Shown one piece after another: positions 61,438 through 64,000 of a DNA stretch of 64,000 bases. Location of the stretch: the NCBI RefSeq assembly GCF_000315625.1, contig NW_005434655.1, positions 342,393 through 406,392 on the forward strand, read 5' to 3'. Source of the DNA: Guillardia theta CCMP2712 (Eukaryota; Protista; Cryptophyta). The position numbers and the translations under genes were made by a program. Under the pieces are notes generated by a model that saw only the letters and a program-made list of their open reading frames with translations, made no database searches and was not told the DNA's origin. The number at the start of each line of letters is the position of its first letter. The first letter of the stretch is position 1.

Positions 61438-64000
61438 GAAAAAGTGCTCCAAGCAAAACAAAGCAGGAACAAGCTGAACCGGCAGGCACACAGCGCACAG
61501 CGAGAAGCTGCACAAACACACACAAAACACAAGCCCGAAAAGAACCAGCACTGCTGGCACCCAGACGCGGCACCGCCAGCCCAAGCGCGAAGCCGCGCAG
61601 ACAAGCAGCCTAAGATAGCCATAGGATTTACTGGCAGAAGGTAAAAAGTGCCTCAAGCAAAACAAAGCAGGAACAGCAGCCTAAGGGTCAAGCAATCAAG
61701 CAACAAGCAGCAGGAGCATGCAGGAGGAATAAAATCCCTTAGACGCGATACCCGGAGGCAGCCGACTGACCACTCCATTGTCAGTCGAGACGTCCGCTGC
61801 CGCCACAAAGCGGCGGACGGAGAAAGGGCAGCCGCCGACAAGGAGCCGGCGCTGCCCGGGGGTCCGCCTGGGGCAGCGGACGGAGGGAGGCTGGACACAG
61901 GAACACGGTACCGCTCGAGGTAGTCCTCCTCGCTAGCCTCCGAGTCAGCGGTAGCCGAGTCAGCAGTAGCCGCCAGTAAATCCTATGTGCCGCCCGTGAC
62001 GGCGGCGACGCCGCGGCAATGCCCAAGGACCGGCGTGACCCGACCGATGCCGGGGAGGAAGCAGGCGAGCTCGGACCAGCAGCAAGCACCCCAGTGGTGT
62101 CGAGCTCTCCGGAGGCACCCGACGTCACAGTGAGGGACGGAGACGCTTCGCCAGCTCCGCGCCGATGGGTACCGTCCGTCGAGGTGGCAAGAGGGATGAA
62201 CGCTCGAGGAGGAGTAGTCATGGTCCATATCGCAGAGCTTTTTCCCTCTGTTCGAGTCTTGGCCTATGCTGACAACGTCGTGCTTGTCGGTCCACTCGAG
62301 GATGCCGTTGCAGCTACGTCCGCTATGAAGAAGTACATGTTAGCTGATCTGAAGCTAGAGATTCAACCTCGCGAGTCGAAAGTTTACATCCCCTCCTGGC
62401 ATCAACACCCTGATCTCTTTACACTTGGCGGCCTGCCTATCGGCACGGATGGATTTCATGCTAGTCAGCTCCGAGCGAAGGTTTCTACCCTCAACGAAGA
62501 GCTCTCGAAGCTCGGGCTCGTCCAGCATGGCTTCATGTTCAAGACGCTGGTGAGGGCGAGCCATCTCCAGAAGCTGCGCTTCTTCCTCCAGGGGTCTTCT
62601 CCGTTTCTCCCGCGGGTCCAATCACAGATTCGTCGCTTTGACCTCTCTGTCCACCTGGCGCTTGAGAAATACCACCGCTGGCCTTCCTCGCAGTACCTCG
62701 CCGCGCATCCCGACCTGCTAGAGTTTGCGAGGTTCAAGCGGGAGCTTCCGCATAGTTGAGGGTCTACACCCCGCTGTTTACTATACGGCTATCGCTCGCT
62801 TCCTCGCTTGGTACTCTGACCAGCCGATGTCCCGGACCTTGCCCTCTCCTCATAGCCTGGACGTTCACTGCTCGAGATCTCTCCGTGCCCAGAAGCATCC
62901 TCTGGCGACCTTCTTCGTTGAGGCGCACGACTTCGTTCATAATGCTGGAGCGATCCTCTACCGTCGTGTCAAGGCTCCTGCACCGGCTGCAGATGGCGCG
63001 GCGATCCCACCTGCCCCGGCTGCTGTGCCTGATGACGCAGGACGCCCCCCGGCATCTGTGGTACACATCCCTGGTTTGCGCGCTCTCGTCGACTCGTCTC
63101 ATGAGCACTTCATTCCTCCCCCTGCGCAGCGAAATGTGACCCCTCTTGTCATGCGCGTCTTCCCTCGCCATGTGCATGCTCGCGCTGCGCTGACCGATCA
63201 GCAGCGTGATATCCTCACCTTGCACAGCCGCAGGACACACTCGCTCAAGTCGCAGGATTNNNNNNNNNNNNNNNNNNNNNNNNNNNNNNNNNNNNNNNNN
63301 NNNNNNNNNNNNNNNNNNNNNNNNNNNNNNNNNNNNNNNNNNNNNNNNNNNNNNNNNNNNNNNNNNNNNNNNNNNNNNNNNNNNNNNNNNNNNNNNNNNN
63401 NNNNNNNNNNNNNNNNNNNNNNNNNNNNNNNNCGCTTGGGCTGGCGATGCCGCGTCTGGGTGCCAGCAGTGCTGGTTCTTTTCGGGCTTGTGTTTTGTGT
63501 GTGTTTGTGCAGCTTCTCGCTGTGGACTGTGTACCTGCCGGTTCAGCTTGTTCCTGCTTTGTTTTGCTTGAGGCACTTTTTATCTTCTGCCAGTAAATCC
63601 TATGGCTCCGCTCGAGAATAGTGGATTTACTGGCAGAAGGTAAAAAGTGCCTCAAGCAAAACAAAGCAGGAACAAGCTAAACCTCCTGGCACACAGCGCA
63701 CAGCGAGAAGCTGCATGGGCCACAAAACACAAGCCCGAAAAGAANNNNNNNNNNNNNNNNNNNNNNNNNNNNNNNNNNNNNNNNNNNNNNNNNNNNNNNN
63801 NNNNNNNNNNNNNNNNNNNNNNNNNNNNNNNNNNNNNNNNNNNNTGGCACCCAGACGCGGCAGCGCCAGCCCAAGCGAGAAGCCGCGCAGACAAGCAGCC
63901 TAAGGGTCAAGCAATCAAGCAACAAGCAGCAGGAGCATGCAGGAGGAATAAAATCCCTTAGACGCGATACCCGGAGGCAGCCGACTGACCACTGTCAGTC
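61438..64000. repeat. Dispersed ~200-370 bp repeat family in direct and inverted copies
   Basis: Copies at ~61438-61612 (+), 61618-61790 (+), 63433-63606 (-) and 63623-64000 (+) share AAAAAGTGCCTCAAGCAAAACAAAGCAGGAACA; the latter three also carry the end GGATTTACTGGC. Confidence 0.85.
62190..63258 (+). mobile_element. Degenerate non-LTR retrotransposon reverse transcriptase fragment (CRE/RLE-like)
   Basis: VLAYADNVVLVG (YADD->YADN), LKLEIQPRESKVY, LGGLPIG, ELPHS*GL. 5'-truncated, interrupted by a stop or frameshift near 62757, and ends at an N gap. Confidence 0.7.

Noticed and set aside
62019-63621. Active retrotransposon
   Set aside because: YADN instead of YADD, N-terminal RT motifs missing, stop or frameshift near 62757, and an assembly gap.

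Overview
Gene-dense eukaryotic nuclear DNA. It has many short (~40-60 nt) GT-AG introns, bipartite signal+transit presequences with A/S-F cleavage motifs and flagellar genes, all consistent with an alga bearing a red-derived complex plastid. It is most likely a cryptophyte such as Guillardia theta (inference). About 28 genes can be reconstructed by splicing by eye: phytoene desaturase, a P-element/THAP9-like transposase ORF, a eukaryote-type AspRS with an N-terminal extension, an AGMO-like hydroxylase, a cNMP-binding protein, a ~1170-aa multi-repeat MORN protein, a Pmp-like beta-helix protein, a plastid cyclophilin, a 2OG-Fe(II) oxygenase, an atypical J-protein, a HAD phosphatase, RAD54B, dynein roadblock/LC7, U-box, CUB, OPR-repeat, HDAC, ankyrin-CobW fusion, PDZ, SMYD, SHIPPO-repeat and RtcA genes, plus hypotheticals. 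The window also holds micro- and minisatellites and, at the right end, a gapped nest of inverted repeats around a non-LTR RT remnant. Best leads: (i) a Zn-dependent HDAC head-to-head with an ankyrin-fused COG0523 metallochaperone, with a doubled palindrome between them; (ii) a J-domain with HPD->HPS and a ZZ zinc finger inserted inside it; (iii) a large protein with phage-like and apparently unnamed repeats; (iv) a ubiquitin-tail-like LRGG at the end of the AspRS presequence; (v) a signal-peptide-bearing SMYD that has lost one MYND zinc site. Gene boundaries and splice sites are manual predictions; no database search was run.
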